A stretch of 64,000 nucleotides of DNA from Chlorokybus atmophyticus. Its lineage: Eukaryota > Plantae > Mesostigma and Chlorokybus algae. A program made the translations under genes and the position numbers. Below, in pieces: positions 1-12,844 of this stretch (its first letter is position 1; each line of letters opens with the position of its first letter). A model generated the notes under the pieces. That model made no database searches. It worked only from the letters and a program-made list of their open reading frames with translations, and had not been told where the DNA came from. The stretch covers positions 517,990-581,989 of the forward strand of contig RHPI01000773.1 of the NCBI GenBank assembly GCA_009103225.1, read 5' to 3'.

Positions 1-991
1 CTGTCGTACCATCCATGGTACGACAGAGGCATTGCTCGATCAGCCCAAATGGGAGTTAGCGTGCACTCACCCAAATACGCTTCATTGATGACCGGATGAT
101 GGCACGCAGGGGCCAGGTCGATGACGGGTCGAATGTCAGGCTTGATGGGCCTGGGTTCGACTAGGAGGCGGAGGACCAGAAGTCGGCGGCGGCGGCGGCG
201 TGGCATATCTTGCGAGAAGTTGTGGTCGTAAGAGTTCAAGCAGCGAAGCCAGCTACTACCGGGCGCCACGTCATGGATCATGGCAGGCGTCAGCAATGGG
301 GCTGTCCAACATGCATCACCAACATTGGAAAAACCAGCAGGCAAGCCATTAAAGACCATCTTCACACAGAGAGCTGCTTGGTGGCTCACTTTCTGTAACA
401 AGGAGTGGATTATGAGCTGTAGTCCTTTGAGCCCCTTGTCGGAACCATGCGGAACCAATTGCGGCTGTGGAAACAAGCACAAAGAAATCCAGAGGTACGC
501 TCAACAGTCACATGCATTTCCTTGCAAGAGCAGTTTGTTTTTTAGCGCAGTCCATGTTATATATGTAGCGTGGCTGCAGGCCTCCACTATTCACCCATAC
601 CCACCCTACAGTCAAGCCGACATTGCGGAAGCCAGAGCAGATAGGCAGAGCTGGGCGGCGGTATGTTGTTGCCAGTCTCGCTGTGCATGTTGACTGCATG
701 CACCTCCAATGCATGCCTACCTTTGCATGCTAGGATGTGCGTGAATGTGCGAAGTCGCGCGCGCGTGCCGAACGAAGTAGGCTGGGTTTGAGCACAGGAG
801 CACGTGGCCATTCGTCCGGCATTCAACCAATAGTGCATCAACCAGCAATGACGCAGGTCATTGTTTGAAGCAACAAACAGATGACGGTGTGACACAGTTG
901 ACTACTGCAATTGCAGTGTTGCAAGCATGCAGCTAACCCACATGTGATTGGTTGACAGCACCACAGTGCACTAGGTCATGTTGGAGCTCCT

Positions 992-1261
992 ATGCAAGCC
1001 TGGAGTCAATTCCATCAACTGGTCCTTCAATCCCACTTGCTGATGGGCGCGGCAGCAATGCGGCATCAGTTAAACATGCATGTTGGCCTGTTAAATCCCA
1101 ACATGTCCATTGGGGCAGTGGCGCATGATGTGCCCATGGTTCACGAGCTCCGTGACGAGTCTGCGATCGAGGGTGGCGGGGAGAGTGCACCCAATACCAC
1201 TTTGTCAGCCCCCATGGCTTCCCCTGCTCCATGCAGCCCACGTGCCATTGAGGTAAGTCGC
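992..1261 (+). pseudogene. 5' fragment of the Pro/Ala-rich ORF that originally continued into 19520->19257
   Basis: Re-inverting 1261-19520 gives the in-frame join ...PRAIEVSR|PLLHAQVVSPAAPAP... Confidence 0.5.
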
Positions 1262-3931
1262 GAGGTCTTCAGCAGCAACCATGGCGATCAATGTGCGGAA
1301 GGTTGTATGCTTACTTGCAGGTGCAAACACTTCATTGAAATCCACACCTTCTTGTTGTAAAAATCCCTTTGCCACCAACCTTGCCTTGTAGCGCTCGATG
1401 TTGCCTTGACCATCACGCTTCACCTTGAACACCCACTTGACCGGAATGGGCTTCACACCTTGCGGGGGCTTCTCCAACACCCATGTGTTGTTGGCATGGA
1501 GTGATGCAATCTCATCATCCATAGCTCGCTGCCATTGTTCTGCATCTGGTGCTCGCAATGCCTCCTCGTAGGTGCTTGGTTCTTCACTCTCGTCATTGTG
1601 CACACTAACGATGTGTGCCTTGTAGAAGTCAGGTGCTTGTCTTTCCCTCACTGGGTAGCGTCGAGCTTGCTCCTGCTGCTTCTGCTTCTCGCCTGCTACA
1701 GATGAGCCCTGCTCTTTATTGATGACTGATGCCTCGCCTTCAACCTCTTCTCTGCTTGAAAGCTCTTCAGGTTGTGCTTTGTCATCTTCATCTTGAGGGT
1801 AGAAACCTTCTTCAGCTTCAACTTGTGATGAGCCTTCGTGGAACACGACTTCTCTGCTCACCACAATCTTGCGCGTGTCCTCCAGTAGGACCTTGTACGC
1901 CTTTGAGCCTGGTTCGTAGCCAACGAAGATGCCCTTCTTGCTGACCGGCTCCAACTTGTGTCGCAATTGACTTGGCACAAGTGCATATGCCACACATCCG
2001 AATACATGCATACCACTCACATCTGGCGCTTCACCGTAAAAGAGCTCCCACGGAGTCTTTTGCTCAGAGCTTATCGGTGAACGGTTGCGGATGTAGTTGG
2101 CAGTGAGAACGGCCTCTTTCCACAGACTGTCCTCCAACTTGGTGTCATTAAGCATGGCTCGAACACGCTCCAACAACGTTCGGTTGAGACGTTCAGCTGC
2201 TCCATTCTGCTGCGGAGTGTATGGTGCTGTTATCTCATGCCGTATGCCTTTGCTGGCGAATAACTCTTTGAGCTGGGCGTTGATGTACTTCCCTCCTCGA
2301 TCACTTCTCATTGCTTTCATCTTCTTGCCCGATTGAATCTCAAGCAATGCAATGACTGTGTGCACAGCTCCAGCGACTTCTGACTTTTGAATCAAAGGGA
2401 AGACGATAGAAAGCTTGCTGTAGTCGTCGAGGAAAGTCGCGAAGTACCTTACCCCTCCTTTCGCCACAATGCGCATAGGCCCGCACACGTCCATGTGCAC
2501 AAGCTCGCAAGGATGCGTGCTACTTGAAGTAGATGATGGGAACGGCATGCGATGCTGTTTGGCCAACACACAGGGTTCACAGAGCGTAGTTGAAGACGCT
2601 TGAAAATCTTCCTTGCTCACAGTGATGCCCTTTACCATGTCTTCAGCGACCAGGCGTGTGAGGTTGCTGTAGCCCAAATGCCCGAACCTCCGATGCCAAA
2701 GCTCAGCTGTCTCCCTTTCCTTCACCATCATGGCCTTGTTGCCATGAGTCTGCTCCACAATATAGAGCCCTCCTCGTTGGGTGCCGACCATGTACTCGAC
2801 CCCATCCATGCGTACGGAGCAGCGTCCCTCCCGGATCACTATCTCAGCTCTCGCGTGTTCAGCAACTCTCACCGAAAACAAGCTTGCAGCAGCTCCGGGT
2901 ACATGCAACACTTCACGCAACACCACCTCTCTCTCACCATCACCAACCTTGCATTGAAGTCTTACTTCACCAACTCCTATTGCTTCCAGCTCGTGACCAC
3001 TAAAGCCTTCCACCTTCCTTGTGGTTGACAGCTTCCTGTAGTTCTCCATCACCTCCTTGTGCGGTGTGAGATGCTGGTCACAGCCTGAGTCAATTGCCCA
3101 TGAAGTTGTGTTAAACTTCCTTGAGGCAGTAAATGCAACGCCCTTCTCTTTGCGTTGAGCGTTGCTACTAGTGCCTGCTTCAGATTGCTCCCGTTGGCGC
3201 TTGCGACAATCCTTTGAGATATGTCCTTTACTACCACAATAGTGGCATGTGAGATTCTTGAACTTTGAGTTGCTGCCTTTCGCCTTGTTCTTGTCTTCAT
3301 AGTTGCTTAATTTCTTGTATTTGTCTCGTGTATAGAAGGCCACAGAGTCCGCTTGCTCTTCCTTCTTTGAGACGCGTTGCTCCACAGTGAGCAACTTGGG
3401 TAGCACATCATCTAGGGTTAGCTCCGATGACGATGTCTTGAGCAGAGTAGCAACAACTTCGTACTCTAATGGCAGTCCTGCAATAATCGCCAATACGACC
3501 TCCGTCTCTTCCATCTTGTGGCCGACGTTGATGAGGTCCGCCCACAGCTCTCTCGCACGTGCAACATACTTTGTGACCGGCTCTGCCGTCTCTTTATGAA
3601 GCGCGCTTAGCTGCTTGCGTAATTGTATCTTTCTGGCGTTGTTCTTGGCTTGAAATACGGCTGCAAGCTTCTCCCAAGCCTGTCTTCCATCTTCACATGC
3701 TGTGAGCATGGGAAAGTGATGTGGCTTGCAGTTAAGCACCATCAATGAATGTGCTTCAACTGAGTGTTCAAGCCAGATGCTTTCTTCTCCTGCTCTTGGT
3801 GCAGATGCCTTCGGGTCAACATACTTCTACATCTTCTTGTGGATAAGTAGTGCCTTCATCTCTACGCACCAAGTGCGGTAGTTGTTTGTGTCCAGCTTTG
3901 CGATCAGCCCTTTATCGTAGCTTACCTCCAT
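1261..3931 (-). pseudogene. copia gag-pol polyprotein, 5' part (one premature stop near 3830)
   Basis: ATG at 3931 reads MEVSYDKGLIAKLDTNNYRTWCVEMKALLIHKKM*, and the 846-aa ORF 1205..3745 follows with copia domain order gag-PR-INT-RT. Confidence 0.9.
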
Positions 3932-4240
3932 CTTTGGCGCGCCTGCTTTCTTCTTGCAGTTAGCACTTGAGACTTGCTTTAATAATCTTCACGTGTTGTG
4001 ACTTGAGTGACTTTGTTGACTTCAGTAACTTTAATCTACACTTCACTCTTGAGTGACTTCAATGACTTCGGTCTTGAATGACTTCGGTCTTCATTTCACT
4101 CTTCAGCGCCTTCAATTTTGAGTGACTTCGGTCTTCTCTTCACTCTTCAGTCTCGAGTAACTTCGATTTTCACTTCAATTCACTTTGTCACTTTTCTTCA
4201 CTTCGCTTTCTTTCTCTTTCTCACACTCTTCACGCGTAGT

Positions 4241-4254
4241 GTGGGCCCATAACC
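4241..4254 (-). promoter_or_regulatory. copia primer-binding site GGTTATGGGCCCAC (internal/half tRNA-iMet type)
   Basis: Directly abuts the LTR end (CAACA|GGTTATGGGCCC); same motif as the PBS of Drosophila copia and green-algal Osser-type elements (recalled, not searched). Confidence 0.75.
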
Positions 4255-4656
4255 TGTTGAGAAGCAAGCATGCAAGTGAAGAGGGCAAGCAATGACACAC
4301 AGGAGAAGGCAACACACTTCCCGGTTTATTACCAACAGACCGCGGGGTTATATACCCGCCAGTCAGTACACAGTTTGTACACACTGCTGGTCTACATGCA
4401 ACAGCGTCCGATACACTGAACCATATCCTACGCTGTAAGATGTGCCACGTAGCTAACTTAATAAGCTTTGTGACATGCTATGCCACGTCCTATAAGACTG
4501 AGTATCCTAGGAGATATGACGATTCTCCTAGGACCCTTCTCTGCAGTCCGCGCCAGGACCTTCATGTCCGGAGTCTTCGAGATCCTCCCATCGAGGTCCC
4601 TTCTCTTCTCTCTTGTATGCAAGGCAGGCTGACCAGATGTAGGAATATCTTCAACA
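4255..4656 (-). repeat. copia 5' LTR (402 bp)
   Basis: TG...CA termini; reverse complement of 20774..21175 with about 16 substitutions (~96% identity, counted by eye). Confidence 0.95.
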
Positions 4657-7019
4657 GTAAGTAATGCTCATGGTCGGAGCAGGTATGGCTCGCGCGGTTG
4701 TATAGCAATCCACATGCCGCCAATGGCTTCAATCTCCAGTACAGTGGTGACGAGCACAGCTTTGGCCATCCTTCCACGGGCGATTGGTGGAAGGATGTGG
4801 AGGTGGATTTGAGGAGAGAGGTGGGGGAAGCGTCCTACTTAGTGCCTGCGATTCTGGTTAGTGACAAGACCATGCTGGACAGCGCGGGCAAGCGCTCTGG
4901 CTACCCTCTGATGGCATCGCTTGCCAACTACAGCTGGGACATGTATGCTAGCAACATGGGGGTTATTATGATAGCGCTTCTGCCGATTAATTCACGCAGT
5001 GGCCGGGCATCCCACCTGGGCGCAGGGCAAGGAATCGTTCTCCATTCGAAAACGTGAGATTTTTTATGACGCTTTGAATGTAGTGTTAGGGGATGTGAAG
5101 CGGGCGAGTTGGGAAGGTCTGCAGCTCATCGACCCGGATGGCATCGAGCATCGTGTGTTTCTCGCGGTTGCCAACTACATCAGCGATTTGGAGGTAGTGG
5201 GCATGCATGGTTGTAACCGGATGCAGCCTGCCAGCAAACAGTGCATGGAGGATGTTGTCAGTAGAACTTTTGAGTTTGTCGTGTTGTAAGAGACTGCCAC
5301 ACTCGCACGCACTGTGTCGGGCAACCAAACACGACACCCTTGCAATGTTTGTCTCGTCACCAATCCAGATTTGTTGGAGATAGATGAGGACCGGGAATTG
5401 AGAACCGAGGCCTTCTACACACCAGCAATACGTCAGCTGCGGGCGGATCTGCATAGCGGTGTTAGAAATGCACGCCAGACAGCCAAGGCTTTCAAAGAGC
5501 AGCACTCCATGCATGTCGAGGAGGTAATGGTCAAATTATCGGCATTCGTGAGGATGAATGGCTTTCCGTGAAACCAGGCAAATGTGGTTTGGCAACAGAA
5601 TGCACTGTGGGGTTGGCGACAGTCGCAGGTTCCGGGAGCTGACTGCTCCTCTCGTCTTGCCCCTGACGCAATGTATGTGCTGGGAGGCATCATTGACCAC
5701 CTGCTTGCTGCTATGTACGACGCCGCGAAAGAACAAATGCGTCCATCCACGAGATAGATTCTGCAGGCCAGGCACGTCTTTGGTGTTGCTTTTGTGTTGA
5801 ACACAAAAGCCAACGACACGTGCTCACAGGCAGATGTGCACAGGCTGAATGCATGCAAGGCAACTCTGCGGGTTTCGCACTTCAAGGCACCCACAAGCAC
5901 AGTACATTTCTTCCTGTCCGACCACTCCTTTCAGGTGGTGGAGAAAGTGGCGGTGCTGCAGCTGCTGCCGATCCTCGCAGACGGTTTGCTGCTCGACAAT
6001 GAATGCAACAATTTCTTCACCATTGCTGCCGCATGGCTCGCCCAGTGGAACAAGAAGTTGCTCAAGGCGCATAAACACACAAGAGAGACCCTGACCACAG
6101 CCGACAACAAGCTGGCTGCCTTTAAAGCTGCAGTGTTGCATCCGCTACTGTCGTCATATTCTGCACAGAAGTCAGGTTGGAAGATCGAGAAGATGCATCA
6201 GCTCACTCATTTTGGGCCAGCAATTGTCAGCTGCGGACACACGGATTGGTTCAGCGCCAACCGCATGGAGCTGTGCCGAGACGCACGCCCGAAATATCGA
6301 ATGGTGGGCGCGTGGTGGCAACAAGCAGGACTACCAGGCACGTATCTTGAAGGCATGGAGCTGTGCGGAATATGTGAGAGAGGATGGCATGATCGTGAAT
6401 CCCGAGATGCGCTCGATCATGGCGCAGGCGCGGCAGCAGTGCTGTAATGTTATGGAGAAGGCGGACAAGTTGCTACGGATGGATGTGTTGACAAGGAGGG
6501 AGTCCAGCCCGTATTGGAGCGGATTTGCGCGTAGCCGCCAAGTCGCCTTGAAGACTCCATTCGCCGACAAGCTGCCTGCCACCCTGGACAGCTGATTGAG
6601 GAGGGATCAACTGGAGTTGGCCGACGGGTGGCATGCTGTTTGCGTGGTGAACGGAGGCGCAGCGGTGTACATGACATCAGGAGTCAGCATGGCGCGCGCA
6701 ACTGGGATGTTCTATGGGCGGCCTTGGTTCTCTATACTTGAGTTGGAAGGTGATGAGGACGGTGTGCACGTGACGTGGTGGGCTCAGGCACTCCTTTTTT
6801 TGCGCGTGGTGGTGTGGGGTGGTAGCGGCGAGCGTGTGGAAGGAGGTCATGTTTGTCCGCTTGTACACTAAGTTAGATGTGACGAGCGACACAAAGTGCA
6901 TCGCTCTGGAATGGGAAAAGCGTCGAGGCGGTCCACATCTCGATGTCGTGACTCTGGAGCAAGTAAAAGGCATTGTCCAGCTGCTCCCCATGTTTGACAT
7001 AGACAGCGCCCGTGTATAA
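4657..7019 (+). pseudogene. Plavaka-like DNA transposase, C-terminal two thirds (spliced and decayed)
   Basis: Motifs GHPSTGDWW, PAILVSDKTML...YPLMASLAN, DPDGIEHRVFLAVANYISDL, CNVCLV, HQLTHFGPAIVSCGHTDWFSANRME and the C-terminal WAQALLFLRV...VKGIVQLLPMF resemble Plavaka transposases; spread over several ORF fragments with GT..AG introns. Confidence 0.75.
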
Positions 7020-7264
7020 GAGGGCAAGTCTTGGGTGAACGTTCAATGCACTTACACATGACACATGTACTTGTCTCACTACTCTGAGTTTGGAGCATAT
7101 CAGTCAGTTAGGCATTGCTAATCGGATGCTAAGACTTTTGCATGTGGACGTGTACAATACCGGGCAGCTGTCACTGCACAACTGTCACCACAATCAAATG
7201 TGCCATGCAACATTCAACAATCAGTCCGCCGTGTGGCATTAAGCATCAGTACAGTGCACCACAC

Positions 7265-8005
7265 TCAAGCCTTATAGTTCCATGACACAGGAGGGTAGTC
7301 ACAGCGCATATCCATTGTTTCAAGCATGAGACGCCCTATGTACTCCGCCATTGCGAGAGGAAATGCATTCGCTATGGAAACGGCCGAGGTCATCCATGGC
7401 ACTCCCAGCGCTGTTTGCCACGCAGCAATGCCGCCTCTGGTGCTTGAAAGGCCATAGACCGGGTACATCTGCTGTGGCGCATTTGATGTCACGATTGTCT
7501 TCTTCGCGCTAGCGGACAGGTGCGGCGATAGCAGTTCAACTGCCTTGCCCGCGTGCGAGCAGCGTGCTGGTGGGGTAGCTACCACTGGCTGTGTCTCAAA
7601 CAGACGGTGTCGGAAAGTTGATAGGCTAAACATTGTGCCACAAAGGGACAGATTGGGTCTGAATGAGGAAGTTGCTTCTGGCACATTCTCAATCACAAAG
7701 TTGACCTGGCTTGCAAGCAGCAGACGTCGAACGAGCGGTATCATATCCTGGTGTCTCCAGGATGTGCCATGTGCCGCCCGTTAAGGTGCTGGGATAGCAC
7801 CTGAATAGGCCTGGCATGGTGGACTGGCCCAGATGAGCTCATACTCGCTCAGCTCTCCTGCACTCAGGGTGCATACATCGCTGTGTATGAAGGGCAGCGG
7901 GTACTCAGAGGAGGGACTTATGTTCATCTCGGTCACGTCAAAGCCTGCGTGGTATAGACTGACACTAGCACCGCCATCGCCGCAGAGTAGGTCGAGTGCC
8001 CTTGG
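7265..8005 (-). pseudogene. DNA cytosine-5 methyltransferase of compact bacterial/phage type (one in-frame TAA at 7781-7783)
   Basis: Manual translation: motif I RALDLLCGDGG; motif IV IWASPPCQAYS; motif VI FVIENVP; motif VIII-like LCGTMFSLSTFRHRLFET; C-terminal ALGVPWMT...NAFPLAMAEYIG. Confidence 0.85.
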
Positions 8006-8023
8006 TCGCGTGTGCGTCCAAGC

Positions 8024-8476
8024 TTAATGTCGTGGCGTGTATGTGGTCAAGGCTGGCCGTGGTGCTGGCCAAGAACTAACAATGATGCCGTCCGGGCTTA
8101 CTTTGCGACTGACATTCTCCCCTCCAGCGCGCAGAACATGGCGTGCCCCGTCAACTGATGTGTACGCAAATACGTTGTGCCCTTTGAAGTTGATGGTTTG
8201 TGGTCGATCACCGTCATCAAATACTATACGGTGCTGCCCTGCAAAGACATTTTTCATTGCACCATGCATATATGATGCGTCCTCAATCTCGCACGCCATG
8301 AAGCGATGCTGACCTGACGCTTGCTTGAATGATTTCACAACGCCCGCATAGCATTCCCCATCCAGCGGCCAATGCACCGTGACACTCACACCGATCAGCT
8401 GCTCGCATCCCAACTTAATTGCGTTCCGCAGCCGATGCAGTGCGCTGTCGAACGGTCGATGGTTTGCCTCCTCCAC
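8024..8476 (-). CDS. Tudor-like domain exons, in frame with the methyltransferase (75-nt intron 8239-8313)
   Basis: After splicing GT..AG it reads LIGVSVTVHWPLDGECYAGVVKSFKQASGQHRIVFDDGDR, the pattern of plant PDS5/MSH6-type Tudor domains; separated from the MTase only by TAA at 8024-8026 in the same frame. Confidence 0.7.
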   Translation of the reverse strand: MEEANHRPFDSALHRLRNAIKLGCEQLIGVSVTVHWPLDGECYAGVVKSFKQASGQHRFMACEIEDASYMHGAMKNVFAGQHRIVFDDGDRPQTINFKGHNVFAYTSVDGARHVLRAGGENVSRKVSPDGIIVSSWPAPRPALTTYTPRH

Positions 8477-8579
8477 AGCGGCCAGGGGATGGAACTGCCC
8501 ACGCCGTGGAAGACTGCTCTGAATGCGACAACAGCTTCAACATGCATAAAATAAGCATACGCCCAACATAACATGCAGT

Positions 8580-8980
8580 GATACGTCGCGGTCCACTCTG
8601 CCGAATTACCTCCACAGCATCCACCACCTGCCCACTAACCACATGTCCCGGTGTTGTCCATGTGAAGAAGCGCATGGGTTCCCCTCGCCACTCGAAGCAT
8701 GAGCGCGAGCACGATTCGCACACGCACTGCACGCAATGGAAAAACTCGGGTTGCATGGCACTTAGCCCAGGTGGCAGCCAAACACGTCGACATTGTGTGT
8801 GGTGTGATGCCAACAAGCAGCACTAAAACTGTGGCACACTGTCTGCACTCGCTGACATTCGGTCAAGTGTGCTCGCATTTGCTGCCTACGGCAATTGGCA
8901 CATATGTACGCATTGCATTGTGGGCACACCAAGCATGGTCTCCTAGGTGAGGGGGATTCAACTGCTGCCACCGACATCAT
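8580..8980 (-). pseudogene. Cys/His-rich zinc-finger (PHD-like) exons upstream of the Tudor domain
   Basis: PCLVCPQCNAYICANC...CQRVQTVCH...GCHLG*AMQPEFFHCVQCVCESC in fragmented ORFs. Confidence 0.4.
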
Positions 8981-9463
8981 GCAAAATAGGAATCGGCACG
9001 GCTGCCCACAAATTGAGCGAGACTTTAGCGTATGGGCATCAATCTAAGGTTGCCAGCTTACGAACCCTAAATGGGTCAAACTTCAAATGAAGCACGACTG
9101 TACCATGGACGCTATTGCAAACCCATGCATGGTACTACATCAACATGAATGGTACTTCATCTGTTAATGGTACTACACTACAAGGATACTCGCATACTAC
9201 CATGATTGTACAGTAATACTGTGCTGTCATGCCATGGAACCCAGAGCGCTGTCCGAATTTATTGCTGTCAACCACGCTCTAAACCAACGAGGTATGCAAG
9301 CCATGCACTGACTCATGCGCCGGGCAGTCATCATACACACGTACAGCCAATGCTTCTGACAACAGCAGATCTCTGGTGCACCATGCACCTTGCTGCAACC
9401 ATACATGTACCTACATGGTTCACAGGAAGCCAACACAATACTACAATACATGCACAATTGGCA

Positions 9464-9992
9464 TCAAGGCGGGGTCCAAATCACCGCCGACACGTTGGCG
9501 TCTTGCATCAGGCGTGGCGACCAAAACGGGTGAGGTTGCTTGCAGAAGGGACACGCTTGTAGATTCTTTGATTTATTTGCCACAGTCTTCTGATGTGCTA
9601 TGATGCAGACATGGCACATCGCTTTCTTGCAACAGGGCGTCTCCCCATCCGCTCGGGGGGGAGGCTCTTCAATGCAACAAATCAGCACACATGGTGCACG
9701 CGGGTGTGCAAGCTGCCTCCGCCACCAAACTCTGTTATCGCGTTACAGGCGTAGCGACTCCCATCTCAATGGCGCAGCATAACGCTCCATTGCCTGCTTG
9801 ATCAACTGTTGCCCATCTGCCGCCATACACCACCTGCTAGTCTTGATGGTCTCGTCCAGCATGCGTTTATCCAGGCCCTCGACATGGCTGTCGTCACTCG
9901 TGTACTCCCCCGCATTGTCATTTTCTTCGAGCTTCCACAGAACCAGCTCGACGTGCCGTATGACATACCGCCACTGCCAGTTAAAGCATGCC
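9464..9992 (-). pseudogene. RING-finger-like exon of the cargo gene, downstream of the LINE insertion
   Basis: Frame NWQWRYVIRHVELV...RL*RDN...PCVLICCIEE...TPCCKKAMCHVCI...ACPFCKQP; continues in frame from ORF 17266..17571 once the LINE and one TSD copy are removed. Confidence 0.55.
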
Positions 9993-10157
9993 GAGGGCGG
10001 TTACAGGAAGCGAACTAGGATCGGCGGCGGCGGCGGCGGAGTAGCTTGGGAGGGGGGGGGGGGNGGGGGTGGTTGGGGCTGCGGTCCTACCCCTGACCTG
10101 GCCACCTCGCCGCCCTTTGTAGCAAACCTATTTTTGGGTTGGTCAACCCTGGTCAAC

Positions 10158-12844
10158 ATGGCTGAGGAGATAGACAGCGCGGAGGCCATGCTTGCTGCGC
10201 TTGCCTCCCCTCTACCGGCTCAGCCTTCCCCTCCCCCCCTTCAAGGGGAGGGGCTGCCCCAGGCCACCGCCTCGCTTGAGGTGGCCGGAGGCGCCTAGAG
10301 CGCAGGAGACCCACGGCGCCCTGCTGGCCGTCCTGCCCCGGGCTTGTCTACCACGCTTTCCGGGGCTTCGCAAGAGGCCCCTCCTCCCACAGCTGAGTGC
10401 CTAGCTACAGTTGTGTCGGGTTGCCCTGGCTCTTTGCTAGTCACCCCTTCTCTGGAGGGGCCTGCTGAATGCTTAGAGATCACGGTAGCTTCCCCACTGT
10501 TTGAGGACTGGTTGTGCGTGCTCCGCTCGCGCGCACTCGTCTTTACTTTTCCTTTCGCCGCATCACTCACATCAGCTACAAGTGTGCGGCTTGCTTGGTT
10601 GCAAGCGGTGTGCTCGGAGGGGCAGCCGGCTAGCTTGTTGTCCTCGGTGCATCCAATTGCCGGAACCGGGGATGTGCAATGCGTGTTCACATCCGTGGCA
10701 GGTGCGGAGCACGTCCTTTCCCTTGCCAAGCGCAACCTTCTTCCTCCGTGCAGCCACAAGACTGTTCGTGTGCATCGGTGGGAGGAGGCCTCGCCTTCCC
10801 GCTTCTGGATCTCCTTCCTGGGCATGAGGCCGGAGCTTCTCCCCTTCATCCGGGCAGCCGTGCAGCAGCTAGGGGTGCTGGGCGAGGCTCTCCCGAACGC
10901 TCAGACAGGAGAGGTTCCGCTCTTCGAAACTTCGAGCACACGCTACTGCTTCCTTCCACGCCAAGAGGCGGTAATTCCCAAGAAGCTTGCATTCCGCGTG
11001 AAGCAAGCGGACAGCTGGCTCACATACACGGTGGACGTGGTGACATCTGCCACTCCTCCCACCTGCTTCTTGTGCAAGCAGCCTGGCCATGTTCGTGCAC
11101 GCTGCCCTCGCGCGCGCGCAGCTGGACAAGCTGCTCCGACTGCCCCGTCAGTTCTTCCCGCAGCAGCAGCCCCTCCCCCCTCCCACTGTTGCCACACATG
11201 CAGCGGAGAGGCGAGAGGACACCAGGCACTCTGCATCCGAGCGCACGACGAACCAGCCAGCTCCCCGTCCGCGTCTGCCTGCGCAGCGGGAGGTATCAGA
11301 GGCCATGCTCGTGGCGCCCGCGGAGGAGGAGAAGGAGGGCTGGCAGCAGGTGCAACGCAAGGGCAAGCGCCAAGTTGCCTCGTCGTCTGCCCCTTCCTCC
11401 TCCCCGCCTGCAGCTGGTGCGCAGCCTTCCGTTGCGGACTGGCTCCTCCCCGCATTGCAGGGGGACAGCCCGTCCCGTCAATGGTGTGACATGGTGGAGG
11501 AAGAACAACAGCTGGCGGAGCCTGAGGCCCGTCCCCAGGACCCCCCCGCACCTGTTCTCTCCGAGGTGCTCTCTCCACTGCTCCATTCTCTCGAGGTGGA
11601 TGTGGGGGAGGGCGTCTTCGACACAGTGTACGTGGTGCCGGTGGTTGGGAGCCATCTCCACGCGCGCGGGTACGCCGAAGGCAAGGCCAAAGTGCTGCTC
11701 TCGGATGTGGGGCAAAGCTCGGGTATGCGGGTGGAGAAGCTCCCTCCCCCTCCCGCTGCCTCTCCCCCCACCGAGTCATGGTTCTATGCACAGCTGAGGG
11801 AGACACTCCTCTCCATCAGCTACCCGCTGAACACGACAACGGAGGAGTTGGCGTTGTCGGCCGCGCTCTCCAACATTGTCGCTGTCCGGGGCAAGGGCAC
11901 ACGACGGGTCAAGCTCTACCTGCTGATTGTTGTCCCGGAGGATGGCTCCCACACTCAGCCCCTCGGCCTCGAGCAACGTTGGGCTTCCATTGCATTGGAG
12001 TGGGAGGAGGGCCTGCGCACGAGCGCAGCGGGGCGCATGGCGACGCTGGGGTTCATGCTCCTTGCGGCCTTCCAGGCCTGGCAGTCAGCTCAGCAGCAGC
12101 CCACTTCCCCGCTGCTGATGGATCCCTCCTCTTCCTCGGCCGGCACGCTTCCGAGGCTGTCCGTGGTGAAGAGGTTATTCTCTCCACCCAAGCCGATGTT
12201 GCACGCAGCAGCAGACGCTCCGCCCAGTCCGGTGCACTTGCAGCCTGCGCTGCGCACTCGCTTTCGCTCCCCGGAGAAGGCGCCACCCCCTCGCGCGGTG
12301 CGTGCCATCATGGCTGTGCTGCGCTGCCACGAGGGGGAATGGTGGTTGGGCTTGGGTAGATGCCCGCAGATGTCTCTCGTGCCCTTCGTCTTTGGCTGGC
12401 TCGGAGGAGACAGCCTCGGAACCGCAGCTGCGCACCTTGGCAGCGGGAGCGCTTCAACTGCCCCTGGATGTGCCATGGGAGGAGTGGGAAGCGGCCTCCA
12501 GCTCATTGTCGCTCCTCCTGCAGGACGAGGAGGTGCCGCAATGCAAGGTGTGGGTGGTCACCCTCCCGGACTCCTTCCACGCCACGGGGGAAGGGGACGT
12601 GGTGTGGGCCAATGTCCGCAAACTTCATGGCGTGGCGGGTGGGGTGGATGCATTGGTGGGCCCCATCGTGGCTTCCGCTCTTCGGTTGCTGCGGAGACAG
12701 GCCTCACAGCTGCTCCCCCTCCCCCGCAACGCGGATACCACGCTGATTGACGCCCTGCAGTGGGCAGCCGTGGACTCGGGCGACATCTCCCTCTCGGAGC
12801 TGCTCGGCCTTCCCCACGAGGACGACCTTCTTCTCTTACCATGA
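10158..12844 (+). pseudogene. LINE ORF1 (zinc-knuckle protein; one stop and frameshifts)
   Basis: ATG at 10158; TCFLCKQPGHVRARCP; stop overlaps the ORF2 start (ATGA at 12841-12844). Confidence 0.75.

Larger units (their letters stand above)
1261..4656 (-). mobile_element. Ty1/copia LTR retrotransposon, 5' half (5' LTR, PBS, gag, protease, integrase, start of RT), inverted relative to its 3' half
   Basis: LTR TGTTG...CAACA at 4656-4255; gag zinc knuckle CHYCGSKGHISKDC; protease WAIDSGC; integrase HMDVCGP...RSDRGG...NGAAERLNRTL; RT start WVFKVK...YKARLVAKGF...TTFRTLIAMVAAEDL, which breaks at 1261; outer flank on the minus strand is CTTAC. Confidence 0.95.

Noticed and set aside
1-26. Perfect hairpin CTGTCGTACCA-TCCA-TGGTACGACAG at the window start
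   Set aside because: Isolated, at the window edge, no context to assign a function
280-560. Cys cluster SCSP...PCGTNCGCGNK resembling pre-SET/AWS/CXC
   Set aside because: Too short and no SET core is visible; may be a 5' exon of the cargo gene but cannot be supported
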